Source: Acidimicrobiia bacterium (GTDB taxonomy: Bacteria > Acidobacteriota > Vicinamibacteria > Vicinamibacterales > SCN-69-37). Taken from it: 64,000 bases of DNA. The stretch spans positions 34,267 to 98,266 of the forward strand of contig VFZF01000009.1 of assembly GCA_016871335.1 (NCBI GenBank), read 5' to 3'. A program made the translations under genes and the position numbers. Below are positions 7,707-17,262 of the stretch, piece by piece; position 1 is the first letter of the stretch; the number at the start of each line of letters is the position of its first letter. The notes under the pieces were generated by a model. It made no database searches and was not told where the DNA came from. It saw nothing but the letters and a program-made list of their open reading frames with translations.

Positions 7707-9385
7707 GACGCCATCGTCTCATGGCGAAGCGCGAGCAGGCGCTTCATCATCGTCGGGATATTTGCCGTTGTCCCAGGCACGCCGCCGAACGTATCGTGCA
7801 GTTCCCGGTACAGGGCATACAGGCGGGTGTACACGGCGACGGCATCAGGCCGTGGCTCGTAACGTTCGAGTGTGACGGAGGTCATGCGGTCCTGGGCGAC
7901 CTGCCAGTCGTCGTAGCCCCCGGCTGCTGCGCCGGCGGTGACGGCGGCGGCCACTGCGGAGCCGAGTGCGGGCGTCTGGGGAGAACCGGCGATCAGCATC
8001 GGCTGTCCAATGACGTCCGCGTAGATCTGCATGAAGAGCGCGTTCTTTTCCGCGATGCCGCCACAACACACGACGCGGTCCACGCTGACGCCGTATTCGC
8101 GGACGCGTTCGATGATGGCACGGGCGCCGAATGCCGTGGCCTCGATCAACGCCCGATAGACCTCGGCCCGTGTCGTGTGCAGCGTCTGACCGAGGAGCAG
8201 GCCGGTGAGCCGAGGGTCCACAAGGATGGTCCGGTTGCCGTTGTTCCAGTCGAGCGCCAGCAGGCCGGACTCGGCGGGCCGCAGGTGGGAGGCTTCCACT
8301 GAGAGGTGGGCATGCTCCATGTCGTCGCCCTTGCAGACCTCCTCCACCCACCAGCGAAGGATGTCGCCCACAGCGGACTGACCGGCCTCAATGCCGTAAT
8401 ACCCAGGAAGGATCGAGCCATTGACGATGCCGCAGATGCCGGGGATGTCAGCGATCGGTGTAGTGGATGGCGCCACGGCGCAGTCACACGTGGATGTGCC
8501 AATGATCTTCACCCACGTTCCCGTCGTGACTCCCGCGCCGATGGCCGCGTAGTGCGCATCGAATGCGCCCATCGCGATCGGAATGCCTTCGGGCAACCCG
8601 AGGCGGACGGCCCACTCCGCACACAAGTGGCCCGCCGGGGTACCGGTCGGCAGCGCCGAGTCGTAGAGCCGATCGCGCAGCGATGCGAGCTTCGGGTCGA
8701 GGCGGGCGAGGAATGCCTTGTCCGGCAATCCGCCCCACACGTCGGAGTACATCGCCTTGTGCCCGGCGGCGCAGATGCCACGGACGATCTTCGTGGAGTC
8801 GGTCACGCCCGCGAGCACGGCCGGCACGAAGTCGGCGAGTTCGACCCAACTCGCCGCGGCGTCGAACACGTCAGGCGCGTCCTTGAGACACCGCCAGATC
8901 TTCGACCACCACCATTCGGAGGAGTACGTGCCGCCGATCGGCGCAAGCAGGTGAGGGGCATGCGTCTGTGCCGTCGCGGTGATCGCCGCAGCCTCTTCGG
9001 CCGACGTATGGTCCTTCCACAACCACGCATGGGCCGCGAGGTTCTGTTCCCATCTGGCATCGAGTGCGAGGGGCCGCGCCTGCGCGTCCACCGGCAATGG
9101 CGTCGAGCCGGTGGTGTCGACACCGATGCCGATCACGTGCGCGGCCGAAAAGCCCTCGACGGCGCCTGCCTGGGTCAGCGCACCAGTGACGCTGGCCTCA
9201 AGCCCCGTGATGTAGTCGCCGGGATGTTGTCGCGCGAGGTGCGGGTCCTTCGGGTGCAGGAGCACGCCGTGGTCTCCACTCGGATAGTTGAAGACGGACG
9301 TGCCGACGGTCCGTCCATCCGCGCAGTCCACGACGATGGCGCGGACGGAATTGGTGCCGTAGTCAACCCCGATCGTGAACGCCAT
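7703..9385 (-). CDS. araB: ribulokinase
   Basis: The 560-aa FGGY-family kinase starts MAFTIGVDYGTNSVRAIVVD. Its length and sequence are typical of AraB, and it lies directly upstream of araD. Confidence 0.9.
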   Translation of the reverse strand: MAFTIGVDYGTNSVRAIVVDCADGRTVGTSVFNYPSGDHGVLLHPKDPHLARQHPGDYITGLEASVTGALTQAGAVEGFSAAHVIGIGVDTTGSTPLPVDAQARPLALDARWEQNLAAHAWLWKDHTSAEEAAAITATAQTHAPHLLAPIGGTYSSEWWWSKIWRCLKDAPDVFDAAASWVELADFVPAVLAGVTDSTKIVRGICAAGHKAMYSDVWGGLPDKAFLARLDPKLASLRDRLYDSALPTGTPAGHLCAEWAVRLGLPEGIPIAMGAFDAHYAAIGAGVTTGTWVKIIGTSTCDCAVAPSTTPIADIPGICGIVNGSILPGYYGIEAGQSAVGDILRWWVEEVCKGDDMEHAHLSVEASHLRPAESGLLALDWNNGNRTILVDPRLTGLLLGQTLHTTRAEVYRALIEATAFGARAIIERVREYGVSVDRVVCCGGIAEKNALFMQIYADVIGQPMLIAGSPQTPALGSAVAAAVTAGAAAGGYDDWQVAQDRMTSVTLERYEPRPDAVAVYTRLYALYRELHDTFGGVPGTTANIPTMMKRLLALRHETMAS

Positions 9386-9391
9386 TGGACG

Positions 9392-10534
9392 TCAGCCCAC
9401 GAGCACCGGCGACACGATGTCGAGGATGTCCGGGCCGGTCCCCGTCGTGCGCGCCTGTGCGATGTCAGCCTGGCGTTCGTACAGCCGGACCGCCTTGAGC
9501 GAGAGGTTTGCGAAGTTGATCATGCTGCGTTCGATCGCACGCGTCGGATCTTCGCGGTAGGTGAACTGGTCCTGGCTGTAATAGCCGCGGTAGTTGCGCA
9601 CAAAGGTCGTGTACAGGTACTCGACCGATTCGGGAATCGAGAGCGTGCCGAACATGCAGTCCTGATCGTTGCGGCCCTGGCGCGCGTCGTTGACGTCGAA
9701 CTTGTGCACGGGGACACCGACGAATTCCGCCAGGTCACACGCCGTGGAGGCGGTCGTGGCTTCCATCTTCTGATGGCCGTAGTCGATGGTCAGTCCGCAG
9801 TTGTTGCCGCCGGTGACTTTGTTCACCTGCTGCGCCACAAGAATCGCCGACGCCGCCGTCGGAATGATCATGTAGAGCTCGCGCGGTTCATAGGGCTTCG
9901 GCTCGATCGCGAGCTTGATGCCATGGCTGAGGCACGCCTTGTTGACCGTCGCCAGCGCCTCCGCAAACCACTCAATCGACTCCTTGTAGTCGATTTGGAA
10001 GTGGTAGTCGGCGCCGTCGGAGCCCGGCCACACGCTCAGCACGGGGATCTGCATCAGCGTGCAGATCTCGACGCCTTTGAGCACTTCCTCGAGTGCGGCC
10101 TTGCGAATCGCCGGATCGGGGTTGCACGGACCGCCAAGGCGGAACTTCGGGTTGGTCCACGTGTTGATGTTGCAGGCCGTCACCGACATGCCGAGTTCGG
10201 CGAGGAACCCCTCCTGCGCCTGGGTGATGGCGGCGGCGTCGAGGTCGCCATTCAGCGTCTTCTCGAACACGCTCTGGTGAATCTCGATGGCCGACACGCC
10301 GGCCGCCTTTGTGCGGCGGCACTGGCCCTCAAAATCGTTCTGGAAGGCGGGGTCATTGGAGTGGTATCCGGGGGGCGCAAACCGGTCGCAGAAGTCGCCG
10401 GCCGACCAGTGCCCGACGCTGTGTTTGATGTCCATCACGCGGAGGAACTCAATCGACTCCTCGCGTCCCATGTATGCGGTTTTGGTGCGGGCGAATGCCA
10501 GATGATCAGCGGTGAATCGTGTGTGACGTTCCAT
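9392..10534 (-). CDS. xylose-isomerase-like TIM-barrel sugar isomerase (occupies the araA position)
   Basis: The 380-aa ORF has AIEPKPYEPR, DYGHQ and NDARQGRNDQD motifs that resemble the xylose/rhamnose isomerase superfamily. It is the first gene of the isomerase-araB-araD operon. The substrate is inferred, not seen. Confidence 0.75.
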   Translation of the reverse strand: MERHTRFTADHLAFARTKTAYMGREESIEFLRVMDIKHSVGHWSAGDFCDRFAPPGYHSNDPAFQNDFEGQCRRTKAAGVSAIEIHQSVFEKTLNGDLDAAAITQAQEGFLAELGMSVTACNINTWTNPKFRLGGPCNPDPAIRKAALEEVLKGVEICTLMQIPVLSVWPGSDGADYHFQIDYKESIEWFAEALATVNKACLSHGIKLAIEPKPYEPRELYMIIPTAASAILVAQQVNKVTGGNNCGLTIDYGHQKMEATTASTACDLAEFVGVPVHKFDVNDARQGRNDQDCMFGTLSIPESVEYLYTTFVRNYRGYYSQDQFTYREDPTRAIERSMINFANLSLKAVRLYERQADIAQARTTGTGPDILDIVSPVLVG

Positions 10535-10668
10535 ACGGGCGCCAGCCTACCACGCAGTAAGATCTGCCGACACCCAGAGTGCATCACACTGAGGCATGGC
10601 GGTACTAAGGTTCGTGCCTCCCTGTCTCGCTGGGAACCTGAACGATGTGAAGTGAGGAGTGATTGGTG

Positions 10669-13530
10669 ATGAAGCGCCTGATGACCGTGACCCGACCGGG
10701 AGCCGTCGCCGTCGGACTTGTCGCTGCCCTCTGGCTTGCGCCACGGGTGGAGGGACAGCAGGGCGGGCGCGGAGCACAGACGCCGCCTCCGCCGCCGACA
10801 CTCGGCCTGGAGGACGGTACCCTCGACTTCGACACGCTGGACTTCACACTCAAGCTGGTCAAGGCGTCCCAGACGATCGCGGCGCTCGAGCCCAAGGGCG
10901 TGCCGACGTACACGCCGACACCGACGCCGCCCCGTGGTGGCCGGGGCGCGGGGGCGGCCGGTGCGGCCCCCACCCAGCCGCCACCACCGCCGCAGCCGAC
11001 CGGGCCATTGACCTTCGACTTCACACCTGCCGATCGACTCGCGCAGCGCGCTGCGAACGACTACCACCACCTCGGCGATCTGACCTTCAAGGTGCGTCAG
11101 GCCGGCACCGCCGAATGGAAGGATTACGACACGGCGCGTGATCGCAAACCCGTCGCGGCGCTGACACCCGCCGCCGGCACCCTCGCGTCATCGGATCTCG
11201 CCGCGACGCTGCCGGCGGATGTGCCGCTGCGTGTGACCCGGCATTGGGCGCTCGTGAACGGGAAGGTGGTGCTTCGCTTCGAGGTCACCAACCGGACGCC
11301 GCAGTCCGTTGAGATTGGCGCACTCGGGATTCCCGTCGTGTTCAACAACCTGATCACCGGACGCAATCTCGAACAGGCACACGAGATCACGTCGTTTTTT
11401 GATCCGGCCATCGCGCAGGATGCGGGCTTCGTGCAGGTCACGCGCCTCTCGGGCAAGGGCCCGGCGCTTGTGGTCGTGCCGCATGGCCGCACCCCACTTG
11501 AGGGATGGCGGCCCGTGGACGACCGCACGCCGCGCACACAAACCTCGGAAGCCATCTTCGAATGGATGGCCCACACGAAGGCCTACGCCGAGAACGAGTG
11601 GAAGAACGCGCAGCCGTGGCAGGTGCCGACGCACGCCACACTGGCGCCCGGGCAAACCCGCACGTACGGTCTCGAGTTTCACATCGCACCCGAGATTCGC
11701 GCGATCGAAGACACACTCGTGAAGGCCGGCCGTCCGGTGGCCGCAGGCTTCCCGGGCTACGTGGCCCCGATGGATCAGGACCTCCGACTGTTCGCGCGGT
11801 ACGGCTCACGCACCGCGAAGGTCTCGGTGTCTCCGTCCGGCGCACTCGAGGTGACCGCCGGTCGCCGTAGCACGAATGGCTGGCGCGAGTTCACGGTGCG
11901 CGGTCGCCAGTGGGGCCGGGCCCGCCTGACGCTCACCTGGGATGACGGTGCCGTGCAGGCGATCAACTATTACGTGACGAAGCCGGCGGCGCAGGCGGTC
12001 GCCGACCTCGGCAACTTCCTCCTCACCAAACAGTGGTTCGACAAGCCGGACGACCCGTTCAAGCGAAGTCCGTCAGTCATGAGTTACGACCGTTCCAAAA
12101 ACGCCATCGTCGAGCAGGACCACCGCGCGTGGATCGCAGGCTTGTCGGATGAAGGCGGCGCAGGGTCGTGGCTGGCCGCGGCGATGAAACAATTCGGACA
12201 GCCGTCGCGCGCGGAACTCGGGAAGTACGAACGCTTCGTCAACGAGGTGCTCTGGGGACGTATTCAGTACTCGGACGGGGAGCGGAAGTACGGCGTCCGC
12301 AAGAGCCTGTTCATGTACGTGCCTGAGGACTTCCCCAATTTCACCTACGACCCGTCGAAGAACTGGACGACGTGGGCGAGTTGGAACCGCGCAGGATCCG
12401 AGACTCAGAATCGCGCCTACAACTACGCGCACGTGGTGGCCGCGTACTGGTCGATGTATCGCATCGCCCGCAATACGGAAGGCCTGGTGACGACGCATCC
12501 GTGGGATTGGTACTTGAACCAGGCGCACGAAACGATGATGTACATGACGGACGCGGCGAACCGCGTCGGGTATGTCAACGTCGGCCTGATGGGCGCGACG
12601 ACGTTTGCGATGGTGCTCGAAGACATGAAGCGCGAAGGGTGGACCGAAAAGTCGTCCGCCCTAGAGGCGCGGATGAAGACGCGGGCGGACCGGTGGGCCG
12701 GCCAGAGTTATCCCTACGGCAGCGAAATGGCGTGGGACTCGACGGGGCAGGAAGAAGTCTTCGCGTGGATGCGCTACTTCGGGTACGACACGCAGGCGAC
12801 CACGGCGCTGAACTCGATCGTCGGCTACATGCCGCTGGTGCCGCACTGGGGCTACAACGGCGCTGCGCGTCGCTACTGGGACTTTATTTACGCAGGGGCG
12901 CCGGGTGCGGGCTACGAACGGCAGCTCCACCACTACGGATCAGGGCTCAACGCGATTCCGGCTCTGACGCGCTTCAGGGATGATCCGCAGGATCTGCACC
13001 TGCTCCGCATTGGGTATGCCGGCACGATGGGCGCGCTGACCAACATCGACGAGGAAGGGTTTGCGTCAGTGGCCTTCCATGCGTTCCCCGAGAAGCTCCA
13101 TTGGGATGCGTACAGCGGCGACTACGGGCCGAACTTCCTCGGACACGCGCTCAACACCGGGATGTATCTGATCAACCATCCGGAGTTCGGATGGCAGGCG
13201 TTTGGCGGCAACGCCACCGTGAACGGGTCTCGTGTCACCGTGAAGGTGGCCGACTCCTTCCGCCAGCGGATCTATCTCGCGCCGGTGGGGTTGTATCTCA
13301 CACTGGATGCCGGGCAGTTTGAGCAGGTGGAGTTTGATGCCGCCAGCGGGCGGGTGCGGGTGACGCTCGCGTCGTCATCGACCCATGTGAAGCAGGCGCG
13401 CCTGCGGGTGGAGCAGACGGGCAAGACCGTCGCCCGCCGCGAGTGGACCGTGCCTGGCGGATTCACGCTCGAACGTGGTGCCTACACCGTACCGCTTACG
13501 GCATCATCGCGCACGATCGAAGTTCGCTGA
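10669..13530 (+). CDS. large secreted protein, DUF5695-like, putative glycan-active enzyme
   Basis: ORF 10663..13530. The ATG at 10669 lies 9 nt after GAGGAG (10654-10659). There is a signal peptide and then a Pro/Gly-rich low-complexity stretch. The DUF5695 assignment is from memory of that family and is unverified. Confidence 0.7.
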   Translation: MKRLMTVTRPGAVAVGLVAALWLAPRVEGQQGGRGAQTPPPPPTLGLEDGTLDFDTLDFTLKLVKASQTIAALEPKGVPTYTPTPTPPRGGRGAGAAGAAPTQPPPPPQPTGPLTFDFTPADRLAQRAANDYHHLGDLTFKVRQAGTAEWKDYDTARDRKPVAALTPAAGTLASSDLAATLPADVPLRVTRHWALVNGKVVLRFEVTNRTPQSVEIGALGIPVVFNNLITGRNLEQAHEITSFFDPAIAQDAGFVQVTRLSGKGPALVVVPHGRTPLEGWRPVDDRTPRTQTSEAIFEWMAHTKAYAENEWKNAQPWQVPTHATLAPGQTRTYGLEFHIAPEIRAIEDTLVKAGRPVAAGFPGYVAPMDQDLRLFARYGSRTAKVSVSPSGALEVTAGRRSTNGWREFTVRGRQWGRARLTLTWDDGAVQAINYYVTKPAAQAVADLGNFLLTKQWFDKPDDPFKRSPSVMSYDRSKNAIVEQDHRAWIAGLSDEGGAGSWLAAAMKQFGQPSRAELGKYERFVNEVLWGRIQYSDGERKYGVRKSLFMYVPEDFPNFTYDPSKNWTTWASWNRAGSETQNRAYNYAHVVAAYWSMYRIARNTEGLVTTHPWDWYLNQAHETMMYMTDAANRVGYVNVGLMGATTFAMVLEDMKREGWTEKSSALEARMKTRADRWAGQSYPYGSEMAWDSTGQEEVFAWMRYFGYDTQATTALNSIVGYMPLVPHWGYNGAARRYWDFIYAGAPGAGYERQLHHYGSGLNAIPALTRFRDDPQDLHLLRIGYAGTMGALTNIDEEGFASVAFHAFPEKLHWDAYSGDYGPNFLGHALNTGMYLINHPEFGWQAFGGNATVNGSRVTVKVADSFRQRIYLAPVGLYLTLDAGQFEQVEFDAASGRVRVTLASSSTHVKQARLRVEQTGKTVARREWTVPGGFTLERGAYTVPLTASSRTIEVR

Positions 13531-13535
13531 TTGAA

Positions 13536-13562
13536 GTAGGGCGCGCTGGGTGTGAGCGCGCC
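13536..13562 (+). repeat. REP-like hairpin, forward orientation
   Basis: gtag-ggcgcgct-gggtgtg-agcgcgcc with a perfect 8-bp stem, 6 nt after the stop of the preceding gene. Confidence 0.8.
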
Positions 13563-13580
13563 AGTTTGGGAGAGAGACCT

Positions 13581-16500
13581 ATGCACCGCATCCTGATTGC
13601 CCTCTCGCTGGTCGTGTCGGCCATCGTCGTTGCCGTCGCGCAGAACCAGCAGAACGCCGCGCAGGGCGGTGACCAGTTTCTCGATGGCATCGGGGAGACC
13701 GGTCTCATCGCCCGGTATCAGTTCAACGGGAGTCCGGAAGACTCCTCCCGCAACCAGTTGCATGCGACCTTGCGAGGCACGAGTCCGGTGTTCGTCGAAG
13801 ACGGCACCCGCCGCGTGCTGTTGCTGACCGGCGACGGCAGCTACGTGCAGCTGCCGGCGGAGGCGTTTGATGGGGAGGATGCGGTTGCCGTTGTCGGGTG
13901 GCTGTATCTGCCGACACGCGCCACCGGACCGGTGTTTGACTTCGGCCAGAACGCGGCTTCGCGGTTGTATGCCGTGGTGGACGGGCAGGGCTTCCGCGCC
14001 ACGGCGGTGGTGGATGGTCAGGTGAAGGGCACCACCACGCCGAAGGTGGTTGTAGAGAACCAATGGACACACTTTGCGGTCGTGCTCGATCCCGCCAGCC
14101 GTGTGCTCACCGCGTACATCGATGGTGTCCGTGCGGGGCAGGCGACGGATGTGGCCGCGACGCCGGATCAACTAGTGCCGCCGTCGTTGTCCACCAACCG
14201 CCTGTTCCTCGGCCGGTCGCAGGATGACGCCGCGCCGACGCTGCACGGGCGATTCCGGGATGTGCGCCTGTATCGCATCGCGCTCGGGGACGAGCCCATC
14301 GCGACCATCCGCCGCAACGCGATCGCGGCGACACAGACGGCGCAGGGGCGCGGGCGCGCCGGGGCGCCGCCGGAGATCTCCACCGCCAACATCCCCCGTG
14401 AATCGCCGTTTGCCGCGCGATTGGTCTCCGTGCCCGACATCACCGTCGAGACGGTGGCGGGGTACCTGCCGCTGCTGCCGGCACAGATTCCGGCGACCTT
14501 CGCGGGTGGTGTGGCAGGCAACGCGCGTGCGATCTGGCCGTCGCCCACCGACAACGAGCAGGTGCGGCAGCCGGGCACGTACACGGTGTCGGGCATGGTG
14601 CCCGGCACACGGTTCCAGCCGAAGGCGACGGTGATCGTGAAGGCACCAGTGGGCGTGCAGACACCGCCTGAGCGGCTCGTCGAGGCGTTCTCCCTCGACC
14701 GCGTCGTCTTGAACAAGGACACTCAGGGACGCGACACCGCGTTCATCCAGAACCGTGACAAGTTCCTGCGCGGACTCGCGGCCACCAACCCCGACAGTTT
14801 CCTCTATAACTTCCGCGACACGTTCGGCGTGCCGCAGCCGGAGGGCACACGGCCGCTGCAGGGCTGGGACAACCAGACCACGCGGCTTCGTGGTCATGCA
14901 AGTGGCCACTACCTGACGGCCATCGCGCAGGCGTATGCGAGCACCGGCTACGACCCGGCGCTGCAGGCGACGTTCCTCCAGAAGATGAACTACCTGGTGG
15001 ACACGCTGCATGACCTGTCACAGCGGTCGGGCCGGCCGGCGCAGCCCGGTGGGCCGTCAGTCGCGGATCCACGCGCGGTGCCTGTGGGACCAGGCCGGCA
15101 GAGTTACGACTCGAATCTGCGCGCAGAGGCGATTCGTACGGATTATTGGAACTGGGGCACGGGGTTCATCAGTGCGTATCCGCCGGACCAGTTCATCATG
15201 CTCGAACGTGGTGCGACCTACGGCACGCAGGACAGCCAGATTTGGGCGCCGTACTACACGTTGCACAAGATCCTCGCCGGTCTGCTTGACACGTATGAGG
15301 TCGCCGGCAACAAGAAGGCGCTGGAGATTGCGCGCGGCATGGGGGCGTGGGTGCAGGCGCGGCTGAGTGCGCTGCCGCCGGAGACCCGTATCAGCATGTG
15401 GAACCGGTACATCGCCGGCGAATACGGCGGCATGAACGAAGGGATGGCGCGGCTGTACCGGTTGACGGGGGAGCGCCGGTTCCTCGACACGGCGAAGTTG
15501 TTCGACAACACGAACTTCTTCTTCGGCAACGCCGCGCACGACCACGGGCTGGCGAAGGGTGTGGACACGGTGCGGGGCAAACACGCGAACCAGCACATTC
15601 CGCAGATTACCGGTGCGCTCGAGACGTTCCGGAACACGAAGGAGATGCCCTACTACATGATCGCCTCGAACTTCTGGGAGATCGTGAACGGCGGCTACAT
15701 GTACAGCATCGGCGGCGTGGCCGGCGCGCGCAACCCGAACAACGCCGAATGTTTCACCGTGCAACCGAACACGTTGTGGGACAACGGCTTCGCGCAGGGA
15801 GGCCAGAACGAAACATGTGCGACCTACAACCTGCTGAAACTCGATCGGCAGCTGTTCATGTACGACCAGACCGCCAAGTACATGGACCACTACGAGCGCG
15901 CGATGTACAACCACATCCTCGCGTCGGTGGCGGAAGGCGACGCGGGCAACACGTATCATGTGCCGCTCAACCCCGGCGCCCAGAAACGGTTCGGCAACGC
16001 GAACATGAACGGGTTCACGTGTTGCAACGGCACCGCGCTTGAGAGCCACACCAAGCTGCAGGACACGATCTACTTCCACAGTGCGGACCACTCCGCGCTG
16101 TATGTCAACTTGTTTGTCCCGTCCACGGTGAACTGGACGGAACGGAAGGTGTCCGTGCAGCAGATCACGGACTTTCCCAGCGCCGACACGACCCGGCTGG
16201 TCGTGAAGGGCAGCGGACGGTTTGACATCAAGGTGCGCGTGCCCGGCTGGGCCACGCGCGGATTCTTCGTGACGGTCAACGGCCGCCAGGAAAACGTCAC
16301 CGCCACTCCGGGCAGCTACCTGACGCTGTCGCGCACCTGGCGCGATAACGACACCATTGAATTGCGCATGCCGTTCAAGTTTCACCTCGATCACCTCGTG
16401 GATCAGCCGAACGTCGCCAGTCTCCTGTGGGGACCGGTGCTTCTCGCCGCCGAGGAACCGGCCGCGCGCACCGACTGGCGCCAGATGACCTTTGACGTGA

Positions 16501-16628
16501 GCGACATCGGCCGCTCGGTCGCCGGCGATCCCGCGACGCTGCGGTTCTCGGTGGACGGCGTGCCCTTCAAGCCGTTCTACGAGACGTACGGACGGCACTC
16601 CGTCTACCTGCATGTGAGGTTCAAGTAG
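13581..16628 (+). CDS. beta-L-arabinofuranosidase, GH127 (DUF1680) with N-terminal LamG-like domain
   Basis: ORF 13443..16628 was trimmed to the ATG at 13581 (GGAGAG upstream; signal peptide MHRILIALSLVVSAIVVAVAQ). It has a LamG-like N-terminal region. The GH127-type core carries the Cys-rich FTCCNGTALE motif. Confidence 0.85.
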   Translation: MHRILIALSLVVSAIVVAVAQNQQNAAQGGDQFLDGIGETGLIARYQFNGSPEDSSRNQLHATLRGTSPVFVEDGTRRVLLLTGDGSYVQLPAEAFDGEDAVAVVGWLYLPTRATGPVFDFGQNAASRLYAVVDGQGFRATAVVDGQVKGTTTPKVVVENQWTHFAVVLDPASRVLTAYIDGVRAGQATDVAATPDQLVPPSLSTNRLFLGRSQDDAAPTLHGRFRDVRLYRIALGDEPIATIRRNAIAATQTAQGRGRAGAPPEISTANIPRESPFAARLVSVPDITVETVAGYLPLLPAQIPATFAGGVAGNARAIWPSPTDNEQVRQPGTYTVSGMVPGTRFQPKATVIVKAPVGVQTPPERLVEAFSLDRVVLNKDTQGRDTAFIQNRDKFLRGLAATNPDSFLYNFRDTFGVPQPEGTRPLQGWDNQTTRLRGHASGHYLTAIAQAYASTGYDPALQATFLQKMNYLVDTLHDLSQRSGRPAQPGGPSVADPRAVPVGPGRQSYDSNLRAEAIRTDYWNWGTGFISAYPPDQFIMLERGATYGTQDSQIWAPYYTLHKILAGLLDTYEVAGNKKALEIARGMGAWVQARLSALPPETRISMWNRYIAGEYGGMNEGMARLYRLTGERRFLDTAKLFDNTNFFFGNAAHDHGLAKGVDTVRGKHANQHIPQITGALETFRNTKEMPYYMIASNFWEIVNGGYMYSIGGVAGARNPNNAECFTVQPNTLWDNGFAQGGQNETCATYNLLKLDRQLFMYDQTAKYMDHYERAMYNHILASVAEGDAGNTYHVPLNPGAQKRFGNANMNGFTCCNGTALESHTKLQDTIYFHSADHSALYVNLFVPSTVNWTERKVSVQQITDFPSADTTRLVVKGSGRFDIKVRVPGWATRGFFVTVNGRQENVTATPGSYLTLSRTWRDNDTIELRMPFKFHLDHLVDQPNVASLLWGPVLLAAEEPAARTDWRQMTFDVSDIGRSVAGDPATLRFSVDGVPFKPFYETYGRHSVYLHVRFK

Positions 16629-16633
16629 GCCGT

Positions 16634-17083
16634 ATGCGCATGCATCACCTCCGCCGCACACAGGTGGTGGCACGGCCCATTGAGGATGTGTTCGCGTTTT
16701 TCGCGGATGCGGCCAACCTCGAACACATCACACCGCCGGAACTGCGGTTCCGCATCCTGACGCCCACGCCCATCAACGTGCAGCAGGGCACCCTGATTGA
16801 CTATCGGCTGTCATTGTTCGGCGTGCCGTTTGGCTGGAAGACGCGCATCAGCACCTGGCAGCCGCCGTTCATGTTTGTGGATGAACAGCTCCGGGGCCCC
16901 TATCGCGAGTGGATTCATACGCACACGTTTGAGACCGTACCCGAGGGGACCCGGTTGTCGGACCACGTGCAATTCAGGCTCCCGCTGCATCCGCTCAGCT
17001 GGCCGGTGCTGCCGCTGGTGCGTCGGCAGGTCGAACACATCTTCGACTACCGGACCCGGATCATCGCTGAGGTGTTCCGGTGA
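16634..17083 (+). CDS. SRPBCC (cyclase/dehydrase-like) family protein
   Basis: The 149-aa ORF contains VARPIEDVFAFFADAANLEHITPPEL and LRGPYREWIHTHTFE, which are typical of this family. Confidence 0.8.
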   Translation: MRMHHLRRTQVVARPIEDVFAFFADAANLEHITPPELRFRILTPTPINVQQGTLIDYRLSLFGVPFGWKTRISTWQPPFMFVDEQLRGPYREWIHTHTFETVPEGTRLSDHVQFRLPLHPLSWPVLPLVRRQVEHIFDYRTRIIAEVFR

Positions 17084-17179
17084 CCATGGAAGCGACTCCT
17101 GCACGACCACCGGAATGACCGGAGCAGCGTCGCGTACTGACGTCTTTTCGGGTGCGCTGGTAGCGGTGGTTGTGCTCCA

Positions 17180-17262
17180 TAGTTAAAGAAGATTGCTAAA
17201 TATTCTTTGAAGGCACATAAGTTTTATTTTTGGTGAAATTAATTTCTTGAAAAAGAAAAATT
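17180..17262 (+). promoter_or_regulatory. AT-rich island immediately upstream of the beta-propeller gene (putative promoter/leader)
   Basis: The sequence gttaaagaagattgctaaatattctttgaaggcacataagttttatttttggtgaaattaatttcttgaaaaagaaaaattATG is a sharp compositional break in otherwise GC-rich DNA. No clear SD or consensus -35/-10 pair could be fixed. Confidence 0.3.

Noticed and set aside
8306-10669. 787-aa plus-strand ORF
   Set aside because: It is antisense to araB and the isomerase gene. It has Arg-rich low-information sequence, whereas the minus-strand genes have clear family motifs.
15057-16673. 538-aa minus-strand ORF
   Set aside because: It is antisense to the GH127 gene and is a shadow ORF.
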